Assembly: GCA_034670305.1 (NCBI GenBank)
Contig: JAXMNT010000054.1
Span: 1 to 51,978 of the forward strand
Length of the DNA: 51,978 nt
Origin: Deltaproteobacteria bacterium
GTDB taxonomy: Bacteria > Myxococcota_A > Polyangia > Polyangiales > Houyiibacteriaceae
Reading direction: 5' to 3'
The position numbers were made by a program, and so were the translations under genes. The notes under the pieces are model-generated. The model saw only the letters and a program-made list of their open reading frames with translations. It searched no databases and was not told the DNA's origin. Of this stretch, positions 26,396 to 36,151 are shown piece by piece (the stretch's first letter is position 1; each line of letters begins with the position of its first letter).

Positions 26396-28693
26396 ATGCG
26401 GCTCGGGATGGCCTTCGTGGCGTTGTGCGGGATCAGCTTGGTCCCCACACCGAGCCACGCCCACGAGATCTACGTGCCGCGTGTGCCCCGCGCCGCGACC
26501 GCGATGAACAGCGAAGGCATCGTTCGCCCCTGCATCAACTGCCACAACAACCCGGACGGTGGCGCCGGCTGCGGCACGCGTCCCTGCCTCAACCCATTCG
26601 GTTTGAGTTTTCGCGACGTGTACGGCCTGACCTGGGGGCCTGAGATCGCGATGGCGGACGCCGACGGCGACACGTTCACCAATGGCCAAGAGCTGCAGGA
26701 TCCGAGCGGCGCATGGCGGCCTGGTCGCGAGGCGCCGGGTTCGCAGGACTGCGTGACCCGCCCCGGATTCGCTTCGTTCAGCCCCGGTCAGATCGACGGT
26801 GACGGCGACGGCTACTGTTGTTTCGGTCAGGACATGAACGACGACGGCGATTGCCTCGACGCTGGAGAGAACGCGGGCGCACTCGATTGCGACGACGGCA
26901 TGTCCGCCGTGAACAGCGGCGCGACCGAACTCTGCACGAACACCATCGACGACGACTGCAATGGGCTCGACACGCTCTCCGATCCGGTGTGTGAAGACAT
27001 CGTCGACCGCGACGGCGACGGCTACTGCGTCATGGGCATCGACAACAACGGAGACCGCGACTGCATCGATGCCGGCGAGATGACGGCGGACGTCGATTGC
27101 GACGACACGCGCAACACGGTCTCGCCGGGCTTGCGGGAGAACTGCTCGGACCTGCTCGACAACGACTGCAACGGCGACATCGACATGATGGACGCGGCGT
27201 GTCGTGGCGACATCGACGAAGACATGGACGGCTACTGCCCGATCGGCCGCGACCTCAACGGCGACGGCGACTGCCTCGATCTCGGCGAGCCCGACGGCGG
27301 CTTCGACTGCGACGACATGGACGCGTCCGCGAACCCTGAGGAGACCGAGATCTGCACCGACGGCATCGACAACGATTGCGATGGTGGTGCGGACGTGGGC
27401 GACACGGAGTGTCGTGGATTCTTCGACGCGGATGGCGACGGTTACTGCGCGCCCGGCCGCGACATGAACGACGACGGCGACTGCACCGACGCGGGCGAGA
27501 TGACCGCGGACGTCGACTGCAACGACGACGAGCCGACCATCTTCCCGGGTGCGGCAGAGATGTGTACGAACGGCGCCGACGACGACTGCGACGACGACTT
27601 CGATCTCGACGACGCGGACTGTGTGGGTTTCCTCGACCTGGATGGCGACCGCTACTGCTTCGTCGGGTTCGACATGAACCGCGACGGCGACTGCGCCGAC
27701 GATGGGGAACTCGGCCGCGGCAGCGACTGCGCAGACGACGACCCGGCGGTGAACCCGGACGCGACCGATCTCTGCACCGACGGCCTCGACAACAACTGCG
27801 ACGGCAGCGCGGACGCGTACGATCCCAACTGCTCGATGGACTACCTGGACCACGACGGCGACGGCTGGTGCGCGGTTGGCGAAGACGTCAACGCGGACGG
27901 CGACTGCTCGGATGTGGGCGAACAGGAGGGACCCGCAGACGCGGCGCCCTTCGATTCGACCGTCTTTCCTGGCGCGCCCGAGAACTGTCTCGACCGCAAG
28001 GACAACGACCAGAACGGGATCATCGACGACCCCGACGTCTGCACCTTCGACACCGACGCCGACGGCGACGGGTACTGCGCGCTTGGCCGGGATCTGAACG
28101 GCGACGGCGACTGCCTCGACGAGGGCGAGAACCAGGCGATCACAGACTGCGACGACATGGATCCCGAGCGGCATCCGGGCGCCGAAGAGCTGTGCCGCAA
28201 CGGGTTCGACGAAGACTGCGACGGCGACATCGATCTGCTCGACACCGACTGCTTCCGATTCCTCGATCGGGATGGCGACGGCTTCTGTGCGACCGGGATC
28301 GACGACAACCGCGACGGCGACTGCCTCGACGAAGCGGAAGACCGATTCGGCGAAGACTGCGACGACACGCGATCGGACGTGGCGCCAGACGCTTCCGAAA
28401 TCTGTGACGATGAGGTCGACAACGACTGCGATGGCGACATCGACGCCGACGACACCGGCTGTCCGTGCGAAGTCGATCGTCAGTGCGACGACGGCAACCC
28501 CTGCACCGTCGACATGTGCGGAGCGGACGGCATGTGCATTCGAACGAACCTCTGCGACAGCGGCGTGGGCGGCGACGCCGGCCCGATGACGATGGACGAC
28601 GGCGGCTGCGGATGCGCAAGCGGCGGCACCGGCGGTGGCCTGATGTCGGCGCTGCTCGTGCTCGGCGTCCTGCTCCGGCGTCGACGCGACTGA
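26396..28693 (+). CDS. MYXO-CTERM surface protein: N-terminal CxxCH/temptin-like domain plus 8 Asp/Cys-rich (MopE-related) repeats
   Basis: Signal peptide, CINCH, LNPFG...DADGDTFTNGQELQDP, eight DxDGDGYC..G.DxNxDGDC units, C-terminal GGCGC-TM-RRRR. Confidence 0.85.
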   Translation: MRLGMAFVALCGISLVPTPSHAHEIYVPRVPRAATAMNSEGIVRPCINCHNNPDGGAGCGTRPCLNPFGLSFRDVYGLTWGPEIAMADADGDTFTNGQELQDPSGAWRPGREAPGSQDCVTRPGFASFSPGQIDGDGDGYCCFGQDMNDDGDCLDAGENAGALDCDDGMSAVNSGATELCTNTIDDDCNGLDTLSDPVCEDIVDRDGDGYCVMGIDNNGDRDCIDAGEMTADVDCDDTRNTVSPGLRENCSDLLDNDCNGDIDMMDAACRGDIDEDMDGYCPIGRDLNGDGDCLDLGEPDGGFDCDDMDASANPEETEICTDGIDNDCDGGADVGDTECRGFFDADGDGYCAPGRDMNDDGDCTDAGEMTADVDCNDDEPTIFPGAAEMCTNGADDDCDDDFDLDDADCVGFLDLDGDRYCFVGFDMNRDGDCADDGELGRGSDCADDDPAVNPDATDLCTDGLDNNCDGSADAYDPNCSMDYLDHDGDGWCAVGEDVNADGDCSDVGEQEGPADAAPFDSTVFPGAPENCLDRKDNDQNGIIDDPDVCTFDTDADGDGYCALGRDLNGDGDCLDEGENQAITDCDDMDPERHPGAEELCRNGFDEDCDGDIDLLDTDCFRFLDRDGDGFCATGIDDNRDGDCLDEAEDRFGEDCDDTRSDVAPDASEICDDEVDNDCDGDIDADDTGCPCEVDRQCDDGNPCTVDMCGADGMCIRTNLCDSGVGGDAGPMTMDDGGCGCASGGTGGGLMSALLVLGVLLRRRRD

Positions 28694-28712
28694 CGGAGCT
28701 GCACCCCACCAC

Positions 28713-30986
28713 GTGGAGACGATCGACGCCTACGTGCTCACCCGGGACTGGCGGGACCGGTCGGGTGGGCTGCGGCTGACGTTTTGGGCGACCTCGGACC
28801 GCGGCCCGTTGAGGCTCGTGCTCGAGCGCGAGAACGCCGTGTTGTTCGTGCCCGCGCCGGAGGCCGAGGCGGCCGAACACACCGGTCTGCGGGACCTCGA
28901 GGGCGGACCCGTCGTGCCGCTCTACTTCCGGACCCAGCGCGCGCTCGTCGAAGAGCGGCGTGCGCGGCGCGAGGCCTTTCGCCGGACCTACGAGGGAGAC
29001 GTCAAACCCCACGACCGGTTTCTGATGGAGCGCTTCGTGACGGGTGGGTTCACCACGCGTGGCAACTTCGTGGCCCGGGAAGGGTTCCTCGAAGCGCATG
29101 GGCCACGCGTGCGCTCCTCGAACTACACGCCTTCGCTCTCGGTGCTTTCGTTCGACATCGAGACGGACGGGCTCGAGGGCACGCTCTTTTCCATCGCGGC
29201 CGCGGGGGCGGGCGGTGACCGGGTCTGGATGGTGGGCGAAGACGCACCCAGCGCGCGCATCGAGTTCGTGCCCGACGAACGCAGCTTGTTGCGCGCGTTC
29301 CTGGAACACGTCCGGACAGTGGACCCCGATGTGCTCGTCGGGTGGAACGTCGTCGAGTTCGATCTGAAGTACCTGGAGCAGAAAGCGGCGGCGCTCGGTG
29401 TCCGGTTCGAACTCGGGCGCGATCGGGGCATCGCCCGAGTGCTCGCGCCCCGCAGCGAACGGCAGCCCTTCGTCGCGCGGGTGCCAGGCCGCGTGGTGCT
29501 CGACGGCATCGCTTGCCTCCGCGCCGCCACCTTTCAGTTCGAGAGTTTTCGGCTCGAAGACGTGGGCCGCCTCTTGCTCGGCCGCGGCAAGAAGATCGAT
29601 CACACCGCGAACCCGGTCGATGAGATCCGGAGGCTCTACCGCGAGGACCGCGAAGCACTCGCGGCGTACAACCTCGAAGACTGCCGGCTCGTGCTCGACA
29701 TCTTCGAGGCCACCGATCTGGTCGGCTTCGTGGTCCAGCGCCAGACGTTGACCGGGCTGCCGATGGACCGGCAGGGCGGGTCGGTCGCGGCGTTCGACAA
29801 CCTCTACCTTCCGCGCCTTCACCGCGCGGGGTTCGTGGCCGGAGAGGTCGCGCGCGACGACGAAGAGATCGTGCGCAGCCCAGGTGGGTACGTGATGGAC
29901 TCGGTGCCAGGTCTCTACGAGAACGTGCTCGTCTTCGATTTCAAGAGCCTCTACCCGAGCATCATTCGGACCTTCAAGATCGACCCGCTCGGTCTGCACA
30001 CGCCAGGCGACGATCCGATCCCTGGCTTCGAAGGAGGGACCTTCGCGCGGGAGAACCACATCCTGCCGGAGCTCATCGAGACCCTCTGGGCCGCGCGCGA
30101 TGTGGCCAAACGCGAGAAGGACGCGGCGCGGTCCCGCGCCATCAAGATCTTGATGAACTCGTTCTACGGAGTGCTCGGCAGTGGCGGCTGCCGCTTCTTC
30201 GATCCGAGGTTGGCCAGCTCCATCACCCGGCGCGGTCACGAGATCATGCTCGAGAGTCGACGCCTCATCGAAGCGCGTGGGCATCAAGTCATCTACGGCG
30301 ACACCGACTCGCTGTTCGTCTCGGTGGGTCCGGGCGACGAAGCGACCTGCGACGCGCTCGGCAAACAACTCGCCCAAGTGCTGAACAGTCACTGGTCGGA
30401 GACCCTGCGGAAGCAGTACGACCTGCAGAGCGAACTCGAGGCCGAGTACGAGACCCACTTCCTGCGGTTCTTGATGCCGACGATGCGTGGCTCCGCCAAG
30501 GGCAGCAAGAAGCGCTACGCGGGCAGCGTTCGAAAGGGCGACGAGCTCGCCATCGTCATCAAAGGGCTTGAAGCAGTGCGCACCGACTGGGCGCCGCTCG
30601 CGCGCAGGTTTCAACGAGAGCTGCTGCGGCGGGTGTTCGTGGAGGAACCGTGGCGGGCCTGGCTCATCGAGACCGCGAACGCCGTACGTCGCGGAGAGCA
30701 CGACGACGCGCTCGTCTTCCGCAAGCGGCTGCGACGACCGCTCGACAGCTACGTGAAGAACGTCCCGCCGCATGTCCAAGCGGCTCGGATGCTGGACGAG
30801 GAGGTGCGCGAGGTTCGGTACGTGGTCACCACACGCGGGGCGCAGCCGGTACAGAAGATCGACGCGCCGATCGACTACGAGCACTACCTCGACAAACAGC
30901 TCGCCCCGGCCGCCGACTGCGTGCTGCCACTTCTGGGCACGAGCTTTGCGGCGTTGGCCGGCACCCAGATGGTGCTCTTCGAGTAG
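28713..30986 (+). CDS. polB: DNA polymerase II (family B)
   Basis: Exonuclease motifs SFDIET, GWNVVEFD, YNLED; polymerase motifs DFKSLYPSII, KILMNSFYG, YGDTDS, KKRY, KGLEAVRTDW. Confidence 0.95.
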   Translation: METIDAYVLTRDWRDRSGGLRLTFWATSDRGPLRLVLERENAVLFVPAPEAEAAEHTGLRDLEGGPVVPLYFRTQRALVEERRARREAFRRTYEGDVKPHDRFLMERFVTGGFTTRGNFVAREGFLEAHGPRVRSSNYTPSLSVLSFDIETDGLEGTLFSIAAAGAGGDRVWMVGEDAPSARIEFVPDERSLLRAFLEHVRTVDPDVLVGWNVVEFDLKYLEQKAAALGVRFELGRDRGIARVLAPRSERQPFVARVPGRVVLDGIACLRAATFQFESFRLEDVGRLLLGRGKKIDHTANPVDEIRRLYREDREALAAYNLEDCRLVLDIFEATDLVGFVVQRQTLTGLPMDRQGGSVAAFDNLYLPRLHRAGFVAGEVARDDEEIVRSPGGYVMDSVPGLYENVLVFDFKSLYPSIIRTFKIDPLGLHTPGDDPIPGFEGGTFARENHILPELIETLWAARDVAKREKDAARSRAIKILMNSFYGVLGSGGCRFFDPRLASSITRRGHEIMLESRRLIEARGHQVIYGDTDSLFVSVGPGDEATCDALGKQLAQVLNSHWSETLRKQYDLQSELEAEYETHFLRFLMPTMRGSAKGSKKRYAGSVRKGDELAIVIKGLEAVRTDWAPLARRFQRELLRRVFVEEPWRAWLIETANAVRRGEHDDALVFRKRLRRPLDSYVKNVPPHVQAARMLDEEVREVRYVVTTRGAQPVQKIDAPIDYEHYLDKQLAPAADCVLPLLGTSFAALAGTQMVLFE

Positions 30987-31126
30987 AGGGGCGAGCAGAC
31001 TGCGTGTCGCGTGCAAACATGGACGCGACCGGAGCGGGCGTGCGAGTCTTCGGCGCCGCCGAGCGCCGGGTTTGTTCTGTCCCGAGCAGCGGCCCAGCCT
31101 TGCGTCCCATCTCGGAGCCACGTTCC

Positions 31127-31534
31127 ATGTACCGCGACACCAACCTCTCTCTGAACGACCTCGAAGACCATGAGAAGGTCGCCCTCGGTGGGCTGATCCG
31201 AGTGCTCATCCGGATCGATGGCAGCTTCTCAGAAGAAGAGGAGTCCACCATGGAAGCCGTAGCGGACGAGATTGGCGGGCGGGAGGCGCTGTGGAGCATC
31301 ATCTCGCGCTCCGCCCAGGAAACACCGACCGACGACGCGATCCGTGCGGCGGCCAAGACGGTGGTGCGGGGGCCGATCCAGCGCTTCATGCGCTACGTGC
31401 TCGAGGACATCGCACGTGCAGAGACGATCACGCTCGAAGAGGCGGGGTTGCTCCGTTGGGTGGACGAACTCTACGGTTTCGACCCGGGGCCCGGATTGGA
31501 CGACGAATTGCCAGAGTCGGGTGACGAGGGTTGA
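31127..31534 (+). CDS. TerB-like protein
   Basis: LIRIDGSFSEEEE and IARAETITLEEAGLL resemble the two TerB ADG..s..E motifs in degenerate form. Confidence 0.55.
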   Translation: MYRDTNLSLNDLEDHEKVALGGLIRVLIRIDGSFSEEEESTMEAVADEIGGREALWSIISRSAQETPTDDAIRAAAKTVVRGPIQRFMRYVLEDIARAETITLEEAGLLRWVDELYGFDPGPGLDDELPESGDEG

Positions 31535-31564
31535 GGTTCTGTGGTCGCCCGGGAGACGACATCG

Positions 31565-31594
31565 TTGACCTTTCTGCCCGGCTTGAAATACAAC
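31565..31594 (+). promoter_or_regulatory. putative sigma70 promoter
   Basis: TTGACC-18 bp-TACAAC, about 40 nt upstream of the FHA gene. Confidence 0.45.
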
Positions 31595-31633
31595 GGCACT
31601 GTGCTTCGGTGAATCTCCGGGGCGCGCGAATCG

Positions 31634-32617
31634 ATGGATGAGTTTGTCGGGATCGTTTGTAAACAGTGCGATGGGTTCTCTCCATTGGGGGCCCCGCGCT
31701 GCGTTGCATGTGGACACGAACTCACGGCCTCGGTCGCGCCTGCGGACGAAGCGCGCACGGCACCTGAACCTGGAGCCGCTGCTGCGGTCGATCCGAGCTC
31801 GCCCTTTGCGGGGCTCACTGAGGAGGAGTTGATGGAGCAAGCCCGGAACTACGTGTGCAAGGAATGCTCGAGCCCCGTCCCTGGCGGCCACAAGTTTTGT
31901 GGTGCCTGCGGTGGTGGCGTTCCTGACGAGATCCAGAACGCCCAGACCAAGTTCTTCGGTGCGATGCAGCAGCCTGGCAAAGCCCGGTTGATCCTCATCC
32001 GCGGCGAACAGGGCATCGATGGACTGAGCTACCTCTTGCAGGGGCAGGAACACATCGCGGGTCGCGCGGATGCCCAGATCCTCTTCCCGGAAGACATGTG
32101 GCTGAGCCCGCGTCACGCCAACTTCATCTACCGCGGCGAGAAGCTCGTGGTGCGCGACGAAGGCAGCGCGAACGGCGTGTACGTTCGGGTGCGCGGCACC
32201 GTTCCGATCAAGGTCGGTCAGGCGTTCCTCTGCGGCGAGCAGGTGTTTCGACTCGACGGGACCCCGAAGGACACGTCCGGTCCCGAGCCGGATCAGACCT
32301 ACTTCTACTCCTCGCCGAAACGCACCAGCCCGTTCCGCATCACGCAGCTCCTCGAGGGCGGCGTCGACGGCATGGTGTTCTGTGCCCGCGACGACGGTGC
32401 GCGCATTGGTCGCGAAGACGCGGACCTGAACTTCCCGGAGGACATCTTCATGTCCGGCGCCCACGCGAAGGTGGCACCGGCCGGCGATGGCTTCACGCTC
32501 ACCGACGAGGACTCGCGCAACGGCACGTACATCCGCATCGACGGAGAACACGAGCTCTCCCACGCGGACTACCTGTTCCTTGGTCATCAACTCCTTCGAG
32601 TCGAGATGACCACGTAA
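31634..32617 (+). CDS. double zinc ribbon + two FHA domain protein
   Basis: CKQC..CVAC, CKEC..CGAC; FHA motifs GR..SPRH..NG and GR..SGAH..NG. Confidence 0.9.
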   Translation: MDEFVGIVCKQCDGFSPLGAPRCVACGHELTASVAPADEARTAPEPGAAAAVDPSSPFAGLTEEELMEQARNYVCKECSSPVPGGHKFCGACGGGVPDEIQNAQTKFFGAMQQPGKARLILIRGEQGIDGLSYLLQGQEHIAGRADAQILFPEDMWLSPRHANFIYRGEKLVVRDEGSANGVYVRVRGTVPIKVGQAFLCGEQVFRLDGTPKDTSGPEPDQTYFYSSPKRTSPFRITQLLEGGVDGMVFCARDDGARIGREDADLNFPEDIFMSGAHAKVAPAGDGFTLTDEDSRNGTYIRIDGEHELSHADYLFLGHQLLRVEMTT

Positions 32618-32737
32618 GAACCGCAGACTCCTCGGCCAGCACGCCAGTGCGGTTCCGGGTGGCATCGGCGGGCGGCACGTGCACGTGTCGCCCGTTCGCA
32701 ATTGGGGCAGCCACCGAAGTCGCAGTCAGCGCAGACG

Positions 32738-33280
32738 TCAGGTGTCGTGCGACAGCCGGGCGTCCAAGGCACGGCGGACGGGGCCGTCCCAGGGCAGCCA
32801 CAGCCACGCCTTGCGTCCGAATACGTAGAGCGGGCCATCGATGCGCACCCGCAGCGTCTCCACGGGGATGCGGCCCCAACCCGCTCGGCGTCGGGCGTAC
32901 AGGTGCGACCGGGTCAGCGCGACCTCGGTCGCGAGCGCGGAGCCGGGCAGAAGCAGGCTCGCGCGCAGCCGCATCAGCGCGACGTCGGCGAAGCCTGGGT
33001 TGGACTGGGAAATCAGTGGCTCCCCCCGGTAGGGGTCGCTCGAGGGCGGCGCACCGCCGCACGGCTCGAAGCACGCCGAGGGCGCGTCCGACCAACCGCC
33101 GGTGGCCTTCCGTGCCGAGCGGCTGAGCGCGTCCTGGAGTTCCGCCGCGAACTCGGTTCGGTCGGTCGGCCATCGGGGCTCGAGTCGCTGGGTGGTTCCG
33201 TCGTGCAGCTCCAGCTCGAGACTGGGCCAGGGATCGACCGCGACGACCCGCCGCACCTGGGACCAATCGACGGGCGTCAC
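32738..33280 (-). CDS. hypothetical protein translationally coupled to the kinase
   Basis: GTG overlaps the kinase stop (GTGA); VTPVDWSQVRRVVAVDPWPSLELELHDG... Confidence 0.55.
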   Translation of the reverse strand: MTPVDWSQVRRVVAVDPWPSLELELHDGTTQRLEPRWPTDRTEFAAELQDALSRSARKATGGWSDAPSACFEPCGGAPPSSDPYRGEPLISQSNPGFADVALMRLRASLLLPGSALATEVALTRSHLYARRRAGWGRIPVETLRVRIDGPLYVFGRKAWLWLPWDGPVRRALDARLSHDT

Positions 33281-34881
33281 GGGCGGCCGAGGATCTGTTC
33301 GACGAGCGCGCGGTCCGGTGCGTTGGGCGCAAGTTCCAAGTAGCGGGTGTATGCGCCACGGGCTCGGGTCACGTCCCCGGAACGCATGTAGGCGCGTCCG
33401 AGTTCTTTGTGCACGTTCGCGCTTCGCGGCATCGCGGCGCGTGCACGCTCGAACGAACGAATGGCGCCGGGTACATCGCCCTCGAGAAAGCGCCGCCGGC
33501 CGTCTTCGAACGCCTCTCGCCCGGGGCTCGGGGGCTCCATCGTGACCTCGACCGTGTCGGGGTTCGTCTCGCTGTTCATCTCCGATGCCATGCCCATGCC
33601 CATGCCTGGGCGCACCCGGGCGCTGGTGTCGGGTCCGACGTCCGGCACCCCCGTGTCGGGCGCCCCGACGTCCTCGCCAGCATCCTGCACGGACGCATCG
33701 ACGAGGTCGTCTCCCGAGTCGGGAGAGGCGTCTGCCTCGGAGGCGATGCCTCCGGCGTCGACCCCCCCGCCGCCCGAGTCTCCGATCGCCCAGATCGCAG
33801 CCAACACCACGCACACCGTGCCCGTGAGCGTGAGCAGCGGCGCCGCCCAACGTCCGCGCGACGGTGGTGGAGGGAGGGTGGCGGTGGGGTCTTCGCGGTG
33901 GGTACCGAGCGGCGCCTCCGCCAGCTCCCCGAGCCCCTCGACCGCGCGGTCGAGCGCCCGGCGCATGCTCGCCGCGTCGGCGAAGCGGTTGTCTCGGTCC
34001 TTGGCGAGCGCGCGCATGCACACCCGTTCCAAACTCCTCGGGACATGAAGGTCCGGGCGCCTCTTGCGAAGGGGTTCGACCGGCTCGGTCAGGTGTTTGG
34101 TGATGGTGCCGAGCGCCGAGGGCCCGACGAACGGCGGCTTGCCCGCGATCAGGTGGTAGAGCAGGCAACCGATCGCGTAGAGATCGGCGCGGCCGTCCAA
34201 CCCTTCGCCCCGCGCCTGTTCCGGAGCCATGTACTCGGGCGTGCCGCACACGAAGCCGGTCACGGTGATGGCGGAGCCTTCGGCCTCGACCAGCTTGGCG
34301 ATGCCGAAGTCGCAGACCTTCACGTGCTCGACGTTCTGGTGGTCGCGCACGACCATGATGTTCTCGGGTTTGAGGTCGCGGTGAATCACCCCGATGTCGT
34401 GCGCTTCTTCGAGCGCGAGCAGCACGCCGCCGACAAGTGCGCCGATCCGTTTCGGACTGAGTGGCGATTCGTCGGTGATGATGTCGAGCAGATCGGGCCC
34501 GTCGAGCAACTCCATCGCGATGTAGAGCAGCTTGCCGCCGTCCTCTTTTCCGAAGTCGAAGATCTGGAGAGAGTTCGGGTGCGAGAGTCGGCTCGCCGTC
34601 CGCGCCTCTCGATGGAACCGCTTCGCGACCTTCGGGTCCGCCGCCACGTGGGGGTGCAGAACCTTGATCGCGATCTCCCGTTCGAGGTCGGTCTGGTACG
34701 CCGCGTAGACGCAGCCCATCGATCCTTCGCCGATGATGTCGCCCAAAACGTACTTGCCGGCGAGCTCTCGACCGATGAGCGGATCGACCTCTTCTTCCCC
34801 ATCGACGGGGAGAGCGAGGTCGCAACTCGCGCAAACTTCCGCGTGAGGGAGGTTTTTCGCGCCGCATTCGGGGCAGATCAA
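33277..34881 (-). CDS. membrane Ser/Thr protein kinase with N-terminal zinc ribbon and C-terminal TPR
   Basis: CPEC..CASC, GEGSMG, AIKVL, HRDLKPEN, DFG, GTPEYMAPE, TM helix, TPR. TTG start is inferred. Confidence 0.93.
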   Translation of the reverse strand: MICPECGAKNLPHAEVCASCDLALPVDGEEEVDPLIGRELAGKYVLGDIIGEGSMGCVYAAYQTDLEREIAIKVLHPHVAADPKVAKRFHREARTASRLSHPNSLQIFDFGKEDGGKLLYIAMELLDGPDLLDIITDESPLSPKRIGALVGGVLLALEEAHDIGVIHRDLKPENIMVVRDHQNVEHVKVCDFGIAKLVEAEGSAITVTGFVCGTPEYMAPEQARGEGLDGRADLYAIGCLLYHLIAGKPPFVGPSALGTITKHLTEPVEPLRKRRPDLHVPRSLERVCMRALAKDRDNRFADAASMRRALDRAVEGLGELAEAPLGTHREDPTATLPPPPSRGRWAAPLLTLTGTVCVVLAAIWAIGDSGGGGVDAGGIASEADASPDSGDDLVDASVQDAGEDVGAPDTGVPDVGPDTSARVRPGMGMGMASEMNSETNPDTVEVTMEPPSPGREAFEDGRRRFLEGDVPGAIRSFERARAAMPRSANVHKELGRAYMRSGDVTRARGAYTRYLELAPNAPDRALVEQILGRP

Positions 34882-35017
34882 GGCGCGCGGAGGGTACGTG
34901 ATGGGCCGAGCAGAGGCCAACGCCAAGCTTGACCCCCCGGTGACAGGGTCGATATGCTCGCGGCCGATTACGCACAGTTTGTGCGAGCGATGGCGCGACC
35001 CGCGCCAGGAGGCCCTC

Positions 35018-36076
35018 GTGATCGTCTGCCCGCGGTGCGGCAAAGAAAACCAGGACCACTACAAGTTCTGTCTCGGATGTGGCGCCGAGCTTCCTCGCGA
35101 TGCCGCCCAACCGAAGAGCTTCACGGCCCCCACTCCTCCAGCCGGAATTCCGACTGGCAACTCCCCGGCAGGCGCCGGTGGATTCGGTGGCGGCGGTGGT
35201 GGTGGTGGTGGGTTTGCTCAAACGGCCCCCAGTCAACCACCCGCTGAACCCGTGGCCGCTCCGGCAGCACCGGCAGCACCGGCGGCGCCGGCTGCGAGCG
35301 GGGGGAACACGCCCTGTCCTCAGTGCAACAACAGCGTCCCACCCAACTTCAAGTTCTGTGGCAGCTGCGGCTTCGACATGACCACGCAGGGTGCGGCTGC
35401 GCCAGCGGCGGCCCCAGCGGCGGCGCAACCAGCAGCACAACCCGCCGGAGGGGGACGCGGCAGCCTGGTGCTCATCCGCCCCGATGGGACCGAAGGAGAA
35501 GCGTTCCCACTCGGAGACTCGACGATGGTCGGGCGCGACGCCGCCGGCCCGTTCGCAAGCGACTCGTACCTCTCGCCGAGCCACGCGGAGTTCGCGTTCC
35601 AGGGGTCGGGCGTGGTCGTCAAAGACCTCGACAGCCTCAACGGCATCTACCTGCGCATCGCGCGGGACATCCCAACGGTGATTCCCAACGGCTGCGTCTT
35701 CCGGATCGGCCAGGAGATCCTCCAAGTGCAGCATCTGACGCCGTCCACGGGTCCCGATGGCACCGAACTGATGGGCAGTCCCAACGGCGGCGCCACCGCG
35801 CGCATCCAGTTGGTGATCGGCCGCGATACGTTCGGCAACGCGTATCCGATCCCGGCATCGGGCATGCACCTCGGACGCGAACGCGGCGACATCATCTTCC
35901 CTGAAGATGGCTACGTCAGCGGATTGCACTGCCGACTTCACTACGAGCGCGGCGAAGTGCACCTGACGGATCTCGGCAGCTCGAACGGCACGTTCGTTCG
36001 GGTGCGCGGGGAAGCCGAGCTTCCGAGTGGATCGCTCCTGCTCATGGGGCAGCAGCTCTTCCGCCTCGAGTACTGA
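35018..36076 (+). CDS. double zinc ribbon + two FHA domain protein (paralog)
   Basis: AGGAGG RBS then GTG; CPRC..CLGC, CPQC..CGSC, Pro/Ala/Gly linkers, FHA motifs GR..SPSH..NG and GR..SGLH..NG. Confidence 0.9.
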   Translation: MIVCPRCGKENQDHYKFCLGCGAELPRDAAQPKSFTAPTPPAGIPTGNSPAGAGGFGGGGGGGGGFAQTAPSQPPAEPVAAPAAPAAPAAPAASGGNTPCPQCNNSVPPNFKFCGSCGFDMTTQGAAAPAAAPAAAQPAAQPAGGGRGSLVLIRPDGTEGEAFPLGDSTMVGRDAAGPFASDSYLSPSHAEFAFQGSGVVVKDLDSLNGIYLRIARDIPTVIPNGCVFRIGQEILQVQHLTPSTGPDGTELMGSPNGGATARIQLVIGRDTFGNAYPIPASGMHLGRERGDIIFPEDGYVSGLHCRLHYERGEVHLTDLGSSNGTFVRVRGEAELPSGSLLLMGQQLFRLEY

Positions 36077-36105
36077 CCGAGCGCCCTCCCAGTTGAACAA
36101 CGGAA

Positions 36106-36131
36106 CGCCAGTCTCTCGCGAGGCTGGCGTC
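36106..36131. terminator. hairpin between convergent genes
   Basis: ACGCCAGTCTC-tcgc-GAGGCTGGCGT; no U tract. Confidence 0.4.
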
Positions 36132-36151
36132 TCCAATTCAGTGGGCGCAGT

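Noticed and set aside
26780-28470. CRISPR-like or DGR-like repeats
   Set aside because: The repeats are in-frame degenerate ~70-codon protein repeats. There is no constant repeat/unique spacer pattern, no cas gene and no reverse transcriptase.
28713-30986. Casposon, pipolin or phage PolB element
   Set aside because: It resembles cellular Pol II, with no adjacent cas1, integrase or att sites.
21811-36076. TerY-P-type defence system (kinase + PP2C + Ter protein)
   Set aside because: No vWA/TerY gene, the PP2C is about 10 kb from the kinase, and the kinase is a membrane receptor type.
36112-36121. GTCTCTCGCG matching the MITE subterminal repeat
   Set aside because: Only 10 bp, part of a local hairpin, with no ATAT flank or other MITE sequence.
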